Origin: Vicugna vicugna | Lineage: Eukaryota | Assembly: GCA_013265495.1 (NCBI GenBank) | Contig: MU058198.1 | Span: 6,463,779 to 6,527,778, forward strand | DNA length: 64,000 nt | Direction of reading: 5' to 3' | Shown: positions 50,970-62,447 of the stretch, piece after piece | Layout of the letters: each line of letters begins with the position of its first letter | Position numbering within the stretch: position 1 is the stretch's first letter | Made by a program: the position numbers and the translations under genes | The notes under the pieces: model-generated | Seen by the model: the letters and a program-made list of their open reading frames with translations, nothing else | The model's database searches: none | What the model was told of the DNA's origin: nothing

Positions 50970-52634
50970 AACTTCAAGTACTTTTATAGCTTCAAAGAAG
51001 CAATAACAGTTGAGTCCTTGATCTACTTAGAGATTATTTTGTTTTGGTATACAGTGTGAGGTATGAATCCAAGCTGTTGTTTGAGAGAGAAGTCAAACCC
51101 AAATAAGACATGGACTAAGGTGACTTAGTTCCCAGAAAAAGGCCAGGCCAGTTGCCAGGACCTGATACACAGAATGAAAAAAGTGCCCAAACTGGCCAAG
51201 TTTAGATTCCAGGACAGCAGGAGCCAACACCACGTCTCAGTTAGGATGATGGAAAGAAGCAGAATCAGATGGCAAACTCAATGTCCTGAGCAGCAGAGGG
51301 ACAAGAAGACCAGGACAGGGCCTGGGAAACTGCCCCCATACTCTTGACAAAGCCTGCATGTGGCCTGACCTCGGGGAAAGCCTGTGGCTCCAGGCCTCCC
51401 AAGCCTCATGCTGAACATTACCTTGAACCCCACTAACCTGATACATGGAGGCAGGTGAGAGAGAGTCCTTGCCCTTAATAAATTCTCATTCTTAAGGGAG
51501 AGTCACCGCTATCTGCCACCAATTCAAATAAAAGACTGAAAGCAGAATAAAGATCAAGGAACACTGAGCAATAAATTCTGACCAGGAGGGCTTCATGTAG
51601 GAGGTGATGGCATTTGAGCTGAGCCTTAATAATTAGTGAGCTCTGAATAGATGAGTTTTTTTTTAATGGCAATAGCATTTATTACATAGATCATCTTAGA
51701 GAGAAGCAACATCCTTATGCTATTGACTTTTCTTTTAAGAATAAATCTGTCTATCCACGAGTTCAGTCTTCTTTTGCGTCATTCAGCAGCATTTTAAAGT
51801 TTCCTTCATATAGATTTTATAATATCTTATTAAGTCTATTCTTAGGTCTTTTACGTTTCGTGTTGTTTTTGTAAATGGGGTCACCACTTCCATTATATCT
51901 TCTAAGTGGTGGTTGTGGATATAAATAGGGAAGCTATTGATTTCCTTAGTTTAATTTTGGACCCAGCCAACTAACTGAGTATTTTTTATTGTTTGCTTTT
52001 CAACTGCCTCACTTGGGTTTTCCAGGTATAAAATGGTATCATCTGATCATCTGAAAATCATGTTCATTTTACCTCCCTTTTTCCATTTTCTAGAGATGAC
52101 TGAAAAATCAAGGAGGGCATTCCTTCTGATCTGTCCCTGTGTGTTCTGTAAGGAGGAAGTGGAGAGGAGTTTGCATCTACTTTAGTACCTCATGGCCTTT
52201 ACCTATGTTCTCTCGTTTGCCACCACCTCTCCCTTTACACAGGAGATCCACATCACTCTTCAGGCCCAAGATCAAATGTCACTTCCTCCGGGAAGCCCTC
52301 CTTGACCTCTGGGCCCGAGTCTGACGGTCAGCCCAGTCCACTGTACTGCCTTGTGGGAGTACGCGATTAGTCTGGGCCTCCCCCTAGGCTGGAGCTCTGA
52401 GGGAAGGGAGTGTGTTTATTTGGAAAGCACTTGTTTCCAACCTGCCCAGCATCCATCTCTCCCTTGGTTCCCTGTTGAGGTTTTCCTCCTCTTATTAAAT
52501 ATGAAAACAAGTCCCCCTAAAATTGAGTTCCCCTGCTGATTTTATGATTAATCTCTCTATCCAAAACTTTGTTCCCTTTCTTGTCCCACCCCTGTTACCC
52601 TCAGGATAGAGGAATCTCAAAGAAGAGGGGGGAT

Positions 52635-53127
52635 TGAAACCAAGCAGGACACTGTGGGGCCTTCTCGGTTACAAAAACCCCTCCGTGTCCCCCATTTCTT
52701 ATTTGTGGAAAAAAAGGCTTTAGTCTCCTGAGCCTTCTCTGAGTTCCAAAGAGCAGGCTCAAGCACTTAATGATTAGAACAAGAGTCACCAGACTCCCAG
52801 TTCGTCCTGAAGGGATGTAGATAACAATCCAATGCATAGTTTTGAGTTGTTCTGCAGAAACTAAGACCCCCTCCACCCAGGTGAGGATGGTGACTACATA
52901 CTGACCACAGCAGACCCCAGACTGGTTGGAACCAGAAGGTTGAGATTTCTGAAACATCACCTGTTACGTCACCACCAACCAATCAGAAGAAGGTTCAAGA
53001 GCTGATCACACATCCTACAACCCTCTCACCTAACATTGTCTTTAAAAACCCTTGCCTGAAAGCCATCGAGGAGTTCATGTCTTTTGAGCATAAGCTGCAC
53101 ATTCCCCTTGCTTGGCACCCTGCAGAT
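52635..53127 (+). mobile_element. ERV1-type LTR preceded by polypurine tract, 3'-truncated
   Basis: AAAGAAGAGGGGGGA (52619-52633) then TGAAAC; CAACCAATCAG at approx. 52976 and TTTAAAA at 53041. Confidence 0.65.
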
Positions 53128-53430
53128 AACAACTAAAATGTATTTTCTCACATCTGGAGGCTGGAAATCCAAAATTGTCAACAGGTCTCTCTCACTGACT
53201 CATAAATGACTGTCTTCTCCCTGTTTTTACATGGTCTTCCCTCTGTGTGTCCCTGTGTCCTAATCTCCTCTTCTTATAAGGACACCAGTCATTCTGGATT
53301 TGTGCTCACTCTAATGACCTCATTTTACCTTAATTACCTCTCTGAAGACACCATCTCCAAATACAGTGACATTCTAGGTACTGGGTTTGGGACTTCAACA
53401 TATGAATTGAGGGGAGGGGGTAACAGCACC
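53128..53430 (-). mobile_element. MLT1A-type MaLR LTR
   Basis: CCTAATCTCCTCTTCTTATAAGGACACCAGTCAT...ATGACCTCATTTTACCTTAATTACCTC...GGACTTCAACATATGAATT. Confidence 0.85.
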
Positions 53431-54170
53431 CCGGAATGTGTACTTGCTAGCAGGGGCCAGGCCTACCTTGCTGGGCAGCTCTGGGTTATTAACCGCCCCC
53501 CACCCCGCCCTTTCTGAGCCTCAGTTTCTTCTTTTGGAAAGCAAAGGGTTTAACATGCTGATGGCTGCTGTTGTGCATTTTGCTTCTCAAGCTCCCTCTG
53601 GGGGTGATTTTCAGCTAAATTTAGGGCCAATCTGTCCCCACCGTGGGCTTGTGGAGCTGGAGAAGGGTGTGGGTGGACTCGTGAAGTGATGGCTTCGGGC
53701 CTACAGCCTCCCCCCCACCCCCCGCCAGCCTCACTCCTGGTCTCCCTCCCCCTCCCACAGTGAGGCTCAGGACTGGCTCAGGTCCTCCACTGACCATCGA
53801 CTATCCTCCCAGGATGCACTTGGAGGAGTTACAAACAAGGCTTCTTCTTGCTGTTAGCATCTGCACCCAGCCTACTCAGGGCCTCCAAGAAAGAAGTGAG
53901 AGTTACATTTGATACAAGTCAGTGCTAAGTGCTTTTCATGGTTAGCTCCCAAACTCTCATTTTACAGATGGAGAAACTGAGGTAAATCCCAACACTTACA
54001 CCTGGGCCTTGACTCTTACCCCTCCTACCTTGAGAACTTCTCTCTTCTATATTTTCAGCCACGTTTTCTCAATGGGAATCCATCCAACTAATGTTTTAAA
54101 GAGTAAATAATTTACTGGGTTAAAAAAACAAACTAACTAAAAACAAAAATAAAGTTATATTTGTCATTTC

Positions 54171-54302
54171 TTTTTTGGTGGGGGAAGAAGGTAATTAGGT
54201 TTGTCTGTTTGTTTATTTATTTTAATGGAGATACTGGGGATTGTACGCAGGACTTCATGCATGCTAAGCATATGCTCTACCATGGAGCTGTACCCTTCCC
54301 CC
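54171..54302 (-). mobile_element. tRNA-Ala-derived SINE (vic-1 type)
   Basis: Diverged copy of the same head and tail. Confidence 0.85.
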
Positions 54303-54829
54303 TGTTTATCATTCCTGTTCCCCATTTTCCTTATGCCCCAACCCTTTGTGGTAACCACTTTTTACTTTTGCCCCAGTGGGGTTTTTTTATGTAAATAAAA
54401 CATATTTTCATATTTCCCATTTCCTCCATGACTTATACAGAAGATGACACACAAAATATATTCTTCCTTCTTTTACTTTTTTTTCCCACTTAATATATTC
54501 TAGCGATCTTTCCATTACAGTACATAGAAAACGTCTTCATTTTTGGTAGCAGTCTTTTTTAAAATTTAGAGCAAGTATTCATTAAATGTTTATTACTTGA
54601 GTGAATGATAAATAATTTCATCCAACAACCTTTAAAATGCTTCAAACTATGACAATATTTAACCTTTCAAATTTCATATGATCTTATTCTTTCTATGCTC
54701 TAGTGTCTAAAAGCTTGATAATTATTTATTTTTCTTATCAAAAATTCTTAGACAGCAAATCAGTCCCCAATTGATAGCTTCTTTGGCTATTTCCAGAATT
54801 GTGAGAAAAAATGTCAACAGAAACAATAG

Positions 54830-54833
<4 letters not shown>

Positions 54834-54862
<29 letters not shown>

Positions 54863-54882
54863 GCACACACAAACACACACAC
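54834..54882. repeat. Interrupted (CA)n microsatellite
   Basis: Directly visible. Confidence 0.9.
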
Positions 54883-55473
54883 ATTTTCATCCACATCAAG
54901 TAGCTCTATAGTATAAATTCCCAGAAGTGAAACTGCTAAATCAAAGTATAAAGGCATTTGTAATTTTGATAGATAATGACAAACTGACAATCACAAGAAT
55001 TGCACAAATTTGCACAACCCATCAGAAATAAATACAAAAGCCTAGGTCTCTCTTGCTCCATAGCAGTCAAAAGAAAAATGACAACTGAGGGGAAAATATT
55101 TACAACTCCTATAATAATGAGGGGCTCTTCAGTCTAATATATAGAATTCTCCAAGTCAGTAAGAAAAAAACCAATGAGCCAGTAGAAAAATGGGTTAAAA
55201 ACATGAAAAAGAGTCTTTAAAGTTTCCCCCAGACCAATGAAGAGATGCCAAGTTCACTTATAATAAGAGAAACACATGGCAAGACCATACTTAGAGTATT
55301 TTTCATCAATCAGAGTGGCGAAGAAAATGCTTAAGTTTGCCACGTCATCATATGCATACGTTTTCAAAGTTCTCCCCTTTGCCCTCTACAGGCGCTTACC
55401 TTATTTCTCTTCTCTTGCAACTATGTAACGAAACTGCCTCATTTGCATTCCTACTCAAAACACACTGTGGAGG

Positions 55474-55693
55474 CAGGGCTTCTCAAACCGGGGCGGCTCT
55501 GCCCTCCAAGGGACAGTAGGCAACATCTAGAAACAATGTTGGCTGTCACAGCTGGGGAGCGGGGTGTCACTAGCGCCTAGTGCGTAAAGGCCAGTGATAC
55601 TGCTAAACATCTTCCAACCCAAGGCCCAGGACAGCCCCACAACACAGAGTTATCCCTCCCAAATGTCAGCAGTGCCAAGGTTGAGAATCCAGG
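55474..55693 (+). mobile_element. MER20 (hAT)
   Basis: CAGGGCTTCTCAAACCGGGG...ACTGCTAAACATC...CAAATGTCAGCAGTGCCAAGGTTGAGAA. Confidence 0.85.
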
Positions 55694-55739
55694 CATTAAG
55701 GTTCCCTCTGACGTCAAAGTTAAAGCCAGGGGACTTTCT

Positions 55740-56470
55740 CTAAGTCGTCCTCTCTTGGCCCCTCAACAGCATTCAGCACGCCTCACCCTCCCTCTCTCCT
55801 TGAAAAACTGGTCCTTTGTGACACGGGTTTCCTTTTCTTCATCCCCTGTACTGACTCATCCCTCTCTAAGTGGCCATTGAATGTTGAGGTTCCTCCAGGC
55901 AGGGTCCTAGACCCCCTTTCCCTCTCACTCCACACTAACCCTTGTGGATGTCATTCACTCCCTTGACTCTAATCTGCCAAAACCCACCCCGGAGGTTCCG
56001 TTCTGCACATCTAACTTCCTGCCCCACAATTCCACCTGGATGTTTCCCAGGCCCATGGGGCTCATCAGGCCAAGCTTGCCATCATGATCCTCCATACCGA
56101 GCCCTCTTTCCACCCTATTTCAGTGACTGGCAAAACTGTCTGTTTAGATATGTGAGCCAGAAACCTAGAAGTTATTCTTAACCCCTCCCTCCTCCTCCAG
56201 CCTCACCAAGGCCTGAGAATCACCCTCTTCATATCATTCTAGTTCATCCACATCTCCCATTCCTACTGCCTCCGGACTGCTCCAGGCCACTATCACCTTT
56301 AGCCTGGACCACTGCACCACCTCCCGCATGGGTTCCCTGCCCCCAGCAGCCAGAGAGAGTTTCTCAAATCACAAATCTGATTCTGTCTTTCCCTTGCTGT
56401 CATTAATCTCTGTTTGCTCTTAGGATCAAATCAAAACCCTTAACCTGCTGGCATGGCCTGGTCCCTGCTG
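55740..56470 (+). mobile_element. L2 fragment
   Basis: AGCCAGAAACCTAGAAGTTATTCTT, CCAGGCCACTATCACC, CAAATCTGATT motifs. Confidence 0.65.
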
Positions 56471-56922
56471 GTCTTATCACACACAGATGATCTTTCAGGG
56501 GCTTTCCCACCTTAGACATTGTGAAATTCAGGCCCCTGGTCATTTATAGCCCTTAGACTATACTGTGACACTAGAGTGATACAGACCTGAAGGTAAGTGA
56601 TGTTGCCACCTGGGGGAAGAGTGTTTCAGACAAAGGAACAGGAAGGGCAAAGACCCTTCAGGGATGAGAGAAGTTGAGTATCTTCCTCACATCCTTGTTG
56701 GCTGTTTTTGTTTCTTTATTTTGGAACTGCCAGTTCGGGGTTTCTGCTCTTTGTCCTATTGGGTTCATGGTCCTTTTCTTTCTCATTTGCAAGAGTTAGT
56801 TTAGCCTTTTCCTGTCATTTGTGTTACGCATTTTAAAAACAGTTGGCCATTTGTGTTTATTTAGCTGCTGGTAGTTTACACTGTGTAATTTTTTACTTTT
56901 TATAGTCAAATTCACAATTTCT

Positions 56923-57349
56923 TTTTGTTACTGAAGTATAGTTGATGTACAAATATTATACAAGTAACAGGTGTCCAATATAGTGATTCACAATTCTTAA
57001 AGGTTATACCCCATTTACAGTTATTATTATAGGGAATATAATATATTGGCTATATTCCCTGTGTTGTACAATATTTCCTTTGTAGCTTATTTTATACACA
57101 ATAGTTTGTACCTCTTAATCTCCTACCCCTATACTGCCCCTCCCCTTCCCTCTCCTCACTGGTAACAACTACTTTGTTCTCTGCATCTATGAGTCTGCTT
57201 CTTTTTTTGTTATATTTGCTACTTTGTTGTATCGTTTAGATTCCGCATATAAGCGATAGCATACTGTATTTGTCTTTCTCTAACTTATTTTACTTAGCGT
57301 AATACCCTCCATGTTGTTGCAAATGGCAGAATTTCCTTTTTTTTATGGC
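56923..57349 (-). mobile_element. L1 3' end (artiodactyl type) nested in an older L1M
   Basis: TGAAGTATAGTTGATGTACAA... 3'UTR signature; 17-bp TSD with 2 mismatches (56906-56922, 57350-57366). Confidence 0.8.
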
Positions 57350-58559
57350 TCAAATTTATAATTTCTGAACTTGGTTTCTTACCTGGAAAGCACTTTCCCA
57401 CTGAGTTTTTTTTTTAATTTTTATTCATATTTTTTCTAATTATCTTATAGTATTATTTTTCACTTTGAAATCTTTGATCCATCTGTTGTTTCCCATGCTT
57501 TACTGAGTGAGGCATCCCATGACTGAGGATCCAGATTTATATTTTTCAAAGACTATCAAGCAGCCCATCTTTTCCCCACTCCTTTGAAAGGTCCCGGTGC
57601 CAGGTACTAAGCTCAAACCTACTGCTTCCATAGGTGGTTTTGTAATGCAGAAGCGGGGCTCTGCAAACCACCATTCTGCTGGTCAGTGCTCTATGGTAGA
57701 CTCTGCCCATAGGAGGCGCTAGGGGTAGACTTTGAGGCCAGAGGAATGAGGACACACACTGCTGGGGGTGCGGGGGCAGTGGTGATGCTAAGGATGACTG
57801 AGGGGCTTAAGCCCTCCCACCGCATTGTCAGTTCCACCCCCAACCACCAAAGTCATCCCAAATGAGCATTCTAAGTTCAATAGACAGCACTCTGGCTTTG
57901 CATCCCTGCCTCAAAGCAAGATTCTCTTCCTCTCCCAATCAGATTGCCCTCTCAAAGATGTCTACAGAGAAATTCTGGAACTGCCCTTACTTGGATTCAG
58001 AAGGAGAGATCATCAAGGTCTAAGGGGTCTGCTCTCCCAGATCCAAGACCCACCTTGCTGAGCTCTGCACACAGTACACCCAGCCCACGGCACTTCTCTC
58101 TGCAAAGCCGAGCCCACCCATGTCTATTGACCCAAAGACCAAATTCCCAGCCTCTCACTCTCTGGTTCCTCCTCCCCACCGCATACCACTCCAGAAGGAG
58201 GACCCAGACCTGGAGGCAGAGCCCTCTGGTGCCGGGGACTGACACTGCTGGGCTGGGAATCCAGCCCCATCTCTAAGGCCATCAGGCTTCTTTAGCTGTG
58301 GCTGGTGCCACCATACTTCTTTGGGCATCTCCATCACAACACAGGGGATGCTTGGGAGGTAGGAGCTCTCTAGCTGGCATCTGACAGAAGGGCTGCCGTA
58401 CGCAGGGGAGGGATTCTACTTCCTTTGTATGAGTCCCTAAGGGTAGACTTGGGGCTGATGGCTGGAAGACACAAGGGCCCTTCCGATGACCAGCAGCCTT
58501 CTTGGGAGGCAGTCAGTTCCGCATCCCTGATCCTTTGTCTGCAATGTTTTTCTCCCAAG

Positions 58560-59010
58560 TATTAATGTAACTCACCACTCACTTCCTTCAGGTCTGTGTC
58601 ACTCAAGTGTTACTTTACCAGTGACGCCATCTGCCAACCACCTTATCTAAAATTAAAACCTCCCACTCCATCCCTCTTCCTTGCTCCACTTCCCTAGCAC
58701 TTATCATCATATATTTTTTTAAAAATTTAGGGGGATGGGGAGTAACTAGATTTATTTATTTATATTTTTTTTTACAGGAGGTACTGAGGATTGAACCCAG
58801 GACCTCGTGCATGCTAAGCATTCGCCCTACCACTGAGCTGTACCTTCCTCCCACCATATATTTTATTAATTGATCTTGTTCATTTTTTATCTTCCACCAC
58901 TAGAATAGAAGCTCCACAGGAGCAGGGATTTTTTTCCCTATTAGGTTCATCACTGAATCCTTTGTGTCTAAAACAGTGCCTGGAACACAGTAGATACTCA
59001 ATAAATGTCT
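58560..59010 (+). mobile_element. L2 3' end (split by SINE)
   Basis: Ends AAAACAGTGCCTGGAACACAGTAGATACTCAATAAATG. Confidence 0.75.
58718..58852 (-). mobile_element. tRNA-Ala-derived SINE (vic-1 type), inserted in an L2
   Basis: Same family; TSD CATATATTTT (58708-58717, 58855-58864). Confidence 0.88.
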
Positions 59011-59780
59011 CTTGACCAAATTTCTCCCAACCACCTTCAGAAGTAAGTATTATTCTTATCCCCATTTCACAACTACAGAAACTGAGGCACATAAAGATGA
59101 AATAACTGGTCTGAGCAGCAGCCCTGGGTCTCCCAGCCCAGGCATCCTGTGTCCTGGGCCTGTGCTCTGAACGCCACACTGCATGGCAGTTACAAAATGC
59201 TTATTGCAGCGTTGTCTATAACGGAGGAAGCCTGGAAACAACCTAATTTCCCATCAGTAGTGGAGCGGTTAAATAAATTACAATACTAGGCATCCTGTAA
59301 GAGCCTGTAAAAGCAATCTATAAACGAATTAAGCAGATCTATATGCTCTTATTTGGAATGATATTTCCAAGATATTGTTGAGTGAAAACAGCAAGATGTA
59401 GAACAGTGCATTGCCTGGGCTCTTCTCTGTAAAAAAAATTAACAGGATAATAAGACACGTAGTTTGGATGTGCAGAAAAATGTTCTGAATGGATACTCTA
59501 GAAGCTGTTGACAAGGCAAAGGGGAGTCTGGGGTCTCTAGGGGGAGAAAGCCCTTGCATTTTATTTGGTATTGTTGGAATTTTAAATCATGCACACAATT
59601 AAGTTTTTTCCCCCAGTAATGTATATCTTCCACATAGTTGCAAACTCAAATAAAGCTACAGAGCTTATATAAAAAATTAGCAGTCCCCTACCCCACCCCT
59701 CCGTACTCCAGGTCTCTTCCTAAATGCAATGAATTCAACTTTTTTAGTTGTTCCTTCTGTTTGCCATTCTCTTTCTAAAT

Positions 59781-59943
59781 CAGGGTTTCTCAAACTTTAA
59801 AAAGCACATGAATCACCTGGGATCTTGTTAAAAGACAGGTTCCTATTCAGCAGGTCTGAGGCGGGTTCCAAGAGTCTGAATTTCTAATAAGCTCCCAGGT
59901 GATGGTGATGGTACTGGTCCGTGGATCATCCTTTAAGTGGCAA
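59781..59943. mobile_element. MER5A1-like (hAT-Charlie)
   Basis: CAGGGTTTCTCAAACTT...GAATCACCTGGGATCTTGTTAAA...CTCCCAGGTGATG. Confidence 0.75.
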
Positions 59944-60404
59944 TTTTCTACATAATGTGCTAATACAGCTAATTCTTGATTTTTCTTTTTTTGATCTTAT
60001 GTCCTAATATAGAAATGAACATTTTAGTTCTCTTATACCCTTGCCCCTCCACATGCATCCTATTCATTCTCCCAATATGGTTATGTACCCTTTTCTTTTA
60101 AAATAATTTTGTTATTTATATTGTTATTCATTTATAGATAACATTCACAGCTCAGCCAGGTAGTATACTATGATTACATTTCCTTTTTTGTGAAACTTGT
60201 TTTCCCTGGAGCTAATAATTGCTTCATTGTTTCCATTTCACCTTCCTTAATGCATTCTCAAACTCTCCTGACAAAACTGAAAATCTCTTCTTAGTATATC
60301 CAAACATATCTAATCTACATCTTGGAGCCTTTGTCCTACTGGTCCAATATAGACTGATTGCTCCATATGTTTCCTCAATTAAAAAGACCAAAAAGTAAGC
60401 TGGT

Positions 60405-60548
60405 GGGGGTGGGGAGGTATAGCTCAGTGGCAGAGCACATGCCTAGCAACAATAAGGTCCTGGGTTCAATCCCCAGTACCACCACCAAAAAGACAAATAA
60501 ATAAAACCTAATTAACTCCCCCCACCAAAAATAAATAAATAAACAAAC
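60405..60548 (+). mobile_element. tRNA-Ala-derived SINE (vic-1 type)
   Basis: Same family; TSD AAAAGTAA(G/A)CTGGT (60391-60404, 60549-60562). Confidence 0.88.
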
Positions 60549-60619
60549 AAAAGTAAACTGGTAAACAGAATTTACAGCACGAAGCAGGGAGGAGGGTTCA
60601 GAGCCTCAGCTATGAATTA

Positions 60620-61450
60620 GGCTTCATGACAGCTAACTGTATCCTATTTTCCCTTCTTCCTTTTTATAATACCCCACCCCTGCCCCAGCTCTTAAAAATG
60701 CATATTGCTGTGCAGTTAGGGACAAAATTTCCCAGTCTCCCCAACAGCTAAGGGACCAACTACTGCATTACTCCACCTTTCCTCTTTCTTGAGGACCGAA
60801 ATGTAAGTATGGTCCCAGTTTCAACCAAGAGGACCACCTACCTCCAGAGTGTTAAAGAGAAACAAAATTCTACCTTATGATAAAGAAGACTGGGATCAAA
60901 CCTGGTTTGAAGACATAAATTTTTCCATGTGATATAATTCACAAGCTCCTTCCGGGAAGATATTGGCATTCTTGACAAAATGCTTAAGCAACGTTCTGAT
61001 AAACTTTAATTCAAGTAAGACTTCTTTTAAGTGGTAGAGCGCATGCTTAACACGCACGAAGTCCTGGGTTCAATCCCCAGGACCTCCTCTAAAAAGTAAA
61101 TAAATAAGTAGACCTAATCACCCCCCCCAAAAAAACAAACAAACAAAAAGACCTCTTCTAGGAAGTGAGCTTCCCATCCACTTAGCTGTCAATCACTCAG
61201 GGTGCTAGCGATCTGAAATCAGACTTTCTTTTTTCTTGTGTCTGATTGAACAACAAATATCTAACCATTCTTTTTCCTCTAAAAGGGAAAGGTCTCTTTG
61301 AACTAAATTGGTCATAAGCCTCTTTCCTCACGGCAAACCTGAAATAAAACTTTGGCATATGCCCCTAATTAATTTCTCAGAAGATTTGTTTGAGCCACTG
61401 TGATGTGAGGCCTCTTTGTTACAGCAACTTAGCTGAACCCTATTTAGTAG
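60620..61450 (+). mobile_element. LTR16-like ERVL LTR interrupted by nested insertions
   Basis: 5' CCCTTCTTCCTTTT...ATTTCCCAGTCTCC...CAGCTA and 3' TTGTTTGAGCCACTG...CTCTTTGTTACAGCAACTTAGC motifs. Confidence 0.5.
61030..61147 (+). mobile_element. 5'-truncated tRNA-Ala-derived SINE (vic-1 type)
   Basis: Begins at AGTGGTAGAGCGCATGC; TSD AAGAC(T/C)TCTT (61017-61026, 61148-61157). Confidence 0.85.
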
Positions 61451-62317
61451 AAAGAGAAAAGCCATCTCTCACCCACCCGCACTGGGCAGAGAACCCCCTA
61501 CGGTGGGACTGTTTCTTCTCTGAGCCTGTCTGGGCCCCCGATGCACTGCCCAGCCTGGGGCCTGGCTTAGAGTGTGTACCCAGTGACTACTGAATTTGAG
61601 CTTAAAATGGGAGCTAGTTTTGTCTGTATTTACTCCCCGCTCAGACTGTGAGCAATTTAGGTTCTATCCCAGCAGACCATTCAGCTCTTTAGTGAAAGAC
61701 TTTGAAAACACAGCCAGGTGTGCCAAGGGGGAGGGGGCTTTGTCTGAGCTTCAGAGGCCCCTGGGGGAGAGAGCCCGCCCACTTATCACGTGCCAGGCAT
61801 TTCACATGCCCCATAATCCCACGAGGTGGGTATTTAGAGTAAAGCTCAGCAGCTTTTGCCTGCCCGTCATCCACGGGGATGAAAAAAAATAGAGAAATGA
61901 AAGCAAGCAAACCAAAGCAAGGGAGGGGTCCTGCATGGACCAAGAATAACAACATGCCACGAACAGACCAGAAGGATTAACTCCGCCTTCTGAATGCTTG
62001 AGTCCAAACTGGAAAACAAGAGGCGTGGGGGAGTGTCCACTGGGGTCTGGGTGGACAGGACAGGTGAGGCCTGGCAGTCACCATTCACATCCTAGTTCCT
62101 GGTTCCCAAAGGCCACCACCTAAGGCTAGGAATCCAGCAGACAGCCCCTGCAGATGGTCCGAGTATATCCAGCCAACCAGGCATGTATCTAGGGTTCATT
62201 GGGAAAGGCCTAGGTTGTCGGGGAAGGAGGCAAGTTCCTCTAAGGTCGACACATCTCAGGCCTCTTTCTTTTAGGGGGTCTCACTGGTTCTGGAAACATT
62301 AAGAAATGCCAAAAACA

Positions 62318-62447
62318 AGGAGAAGGGTATAGCTCAGTGGCAGAGTGCTTGCTTAGCATGCATGAGGTCCTGGGCTCAATCCTGGGTACCTCCATTAAAA
62401 TAAATAAACAAACCTATTTACCTCCCCCACTAAAAAAAATTTAAAAA
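62318..62447 (+). mobile_element. tRNA-Ala-derived SINE (vic-1 type)
   Basis: Same family; perfect 17-bp TSD AAGAAATGCCAAAAACA (62301-62317, 62448-62464). Confidence 0.9.

Noticed and set aside
57706..57719. CTCF-like CCCATAGGAGGCGC
   Set aside because: Three mismatches to the core consensus and it lies in a probable LTR33-like relic.
62318..62395. tRNA-Ala(AGC)-like sequences with A/B boxes (here and at the eight other copies)
   Set aside because: They have TSDs, A-rich tails and stem-breaking substitutions, so they are SINEs rather than tRNA genes.
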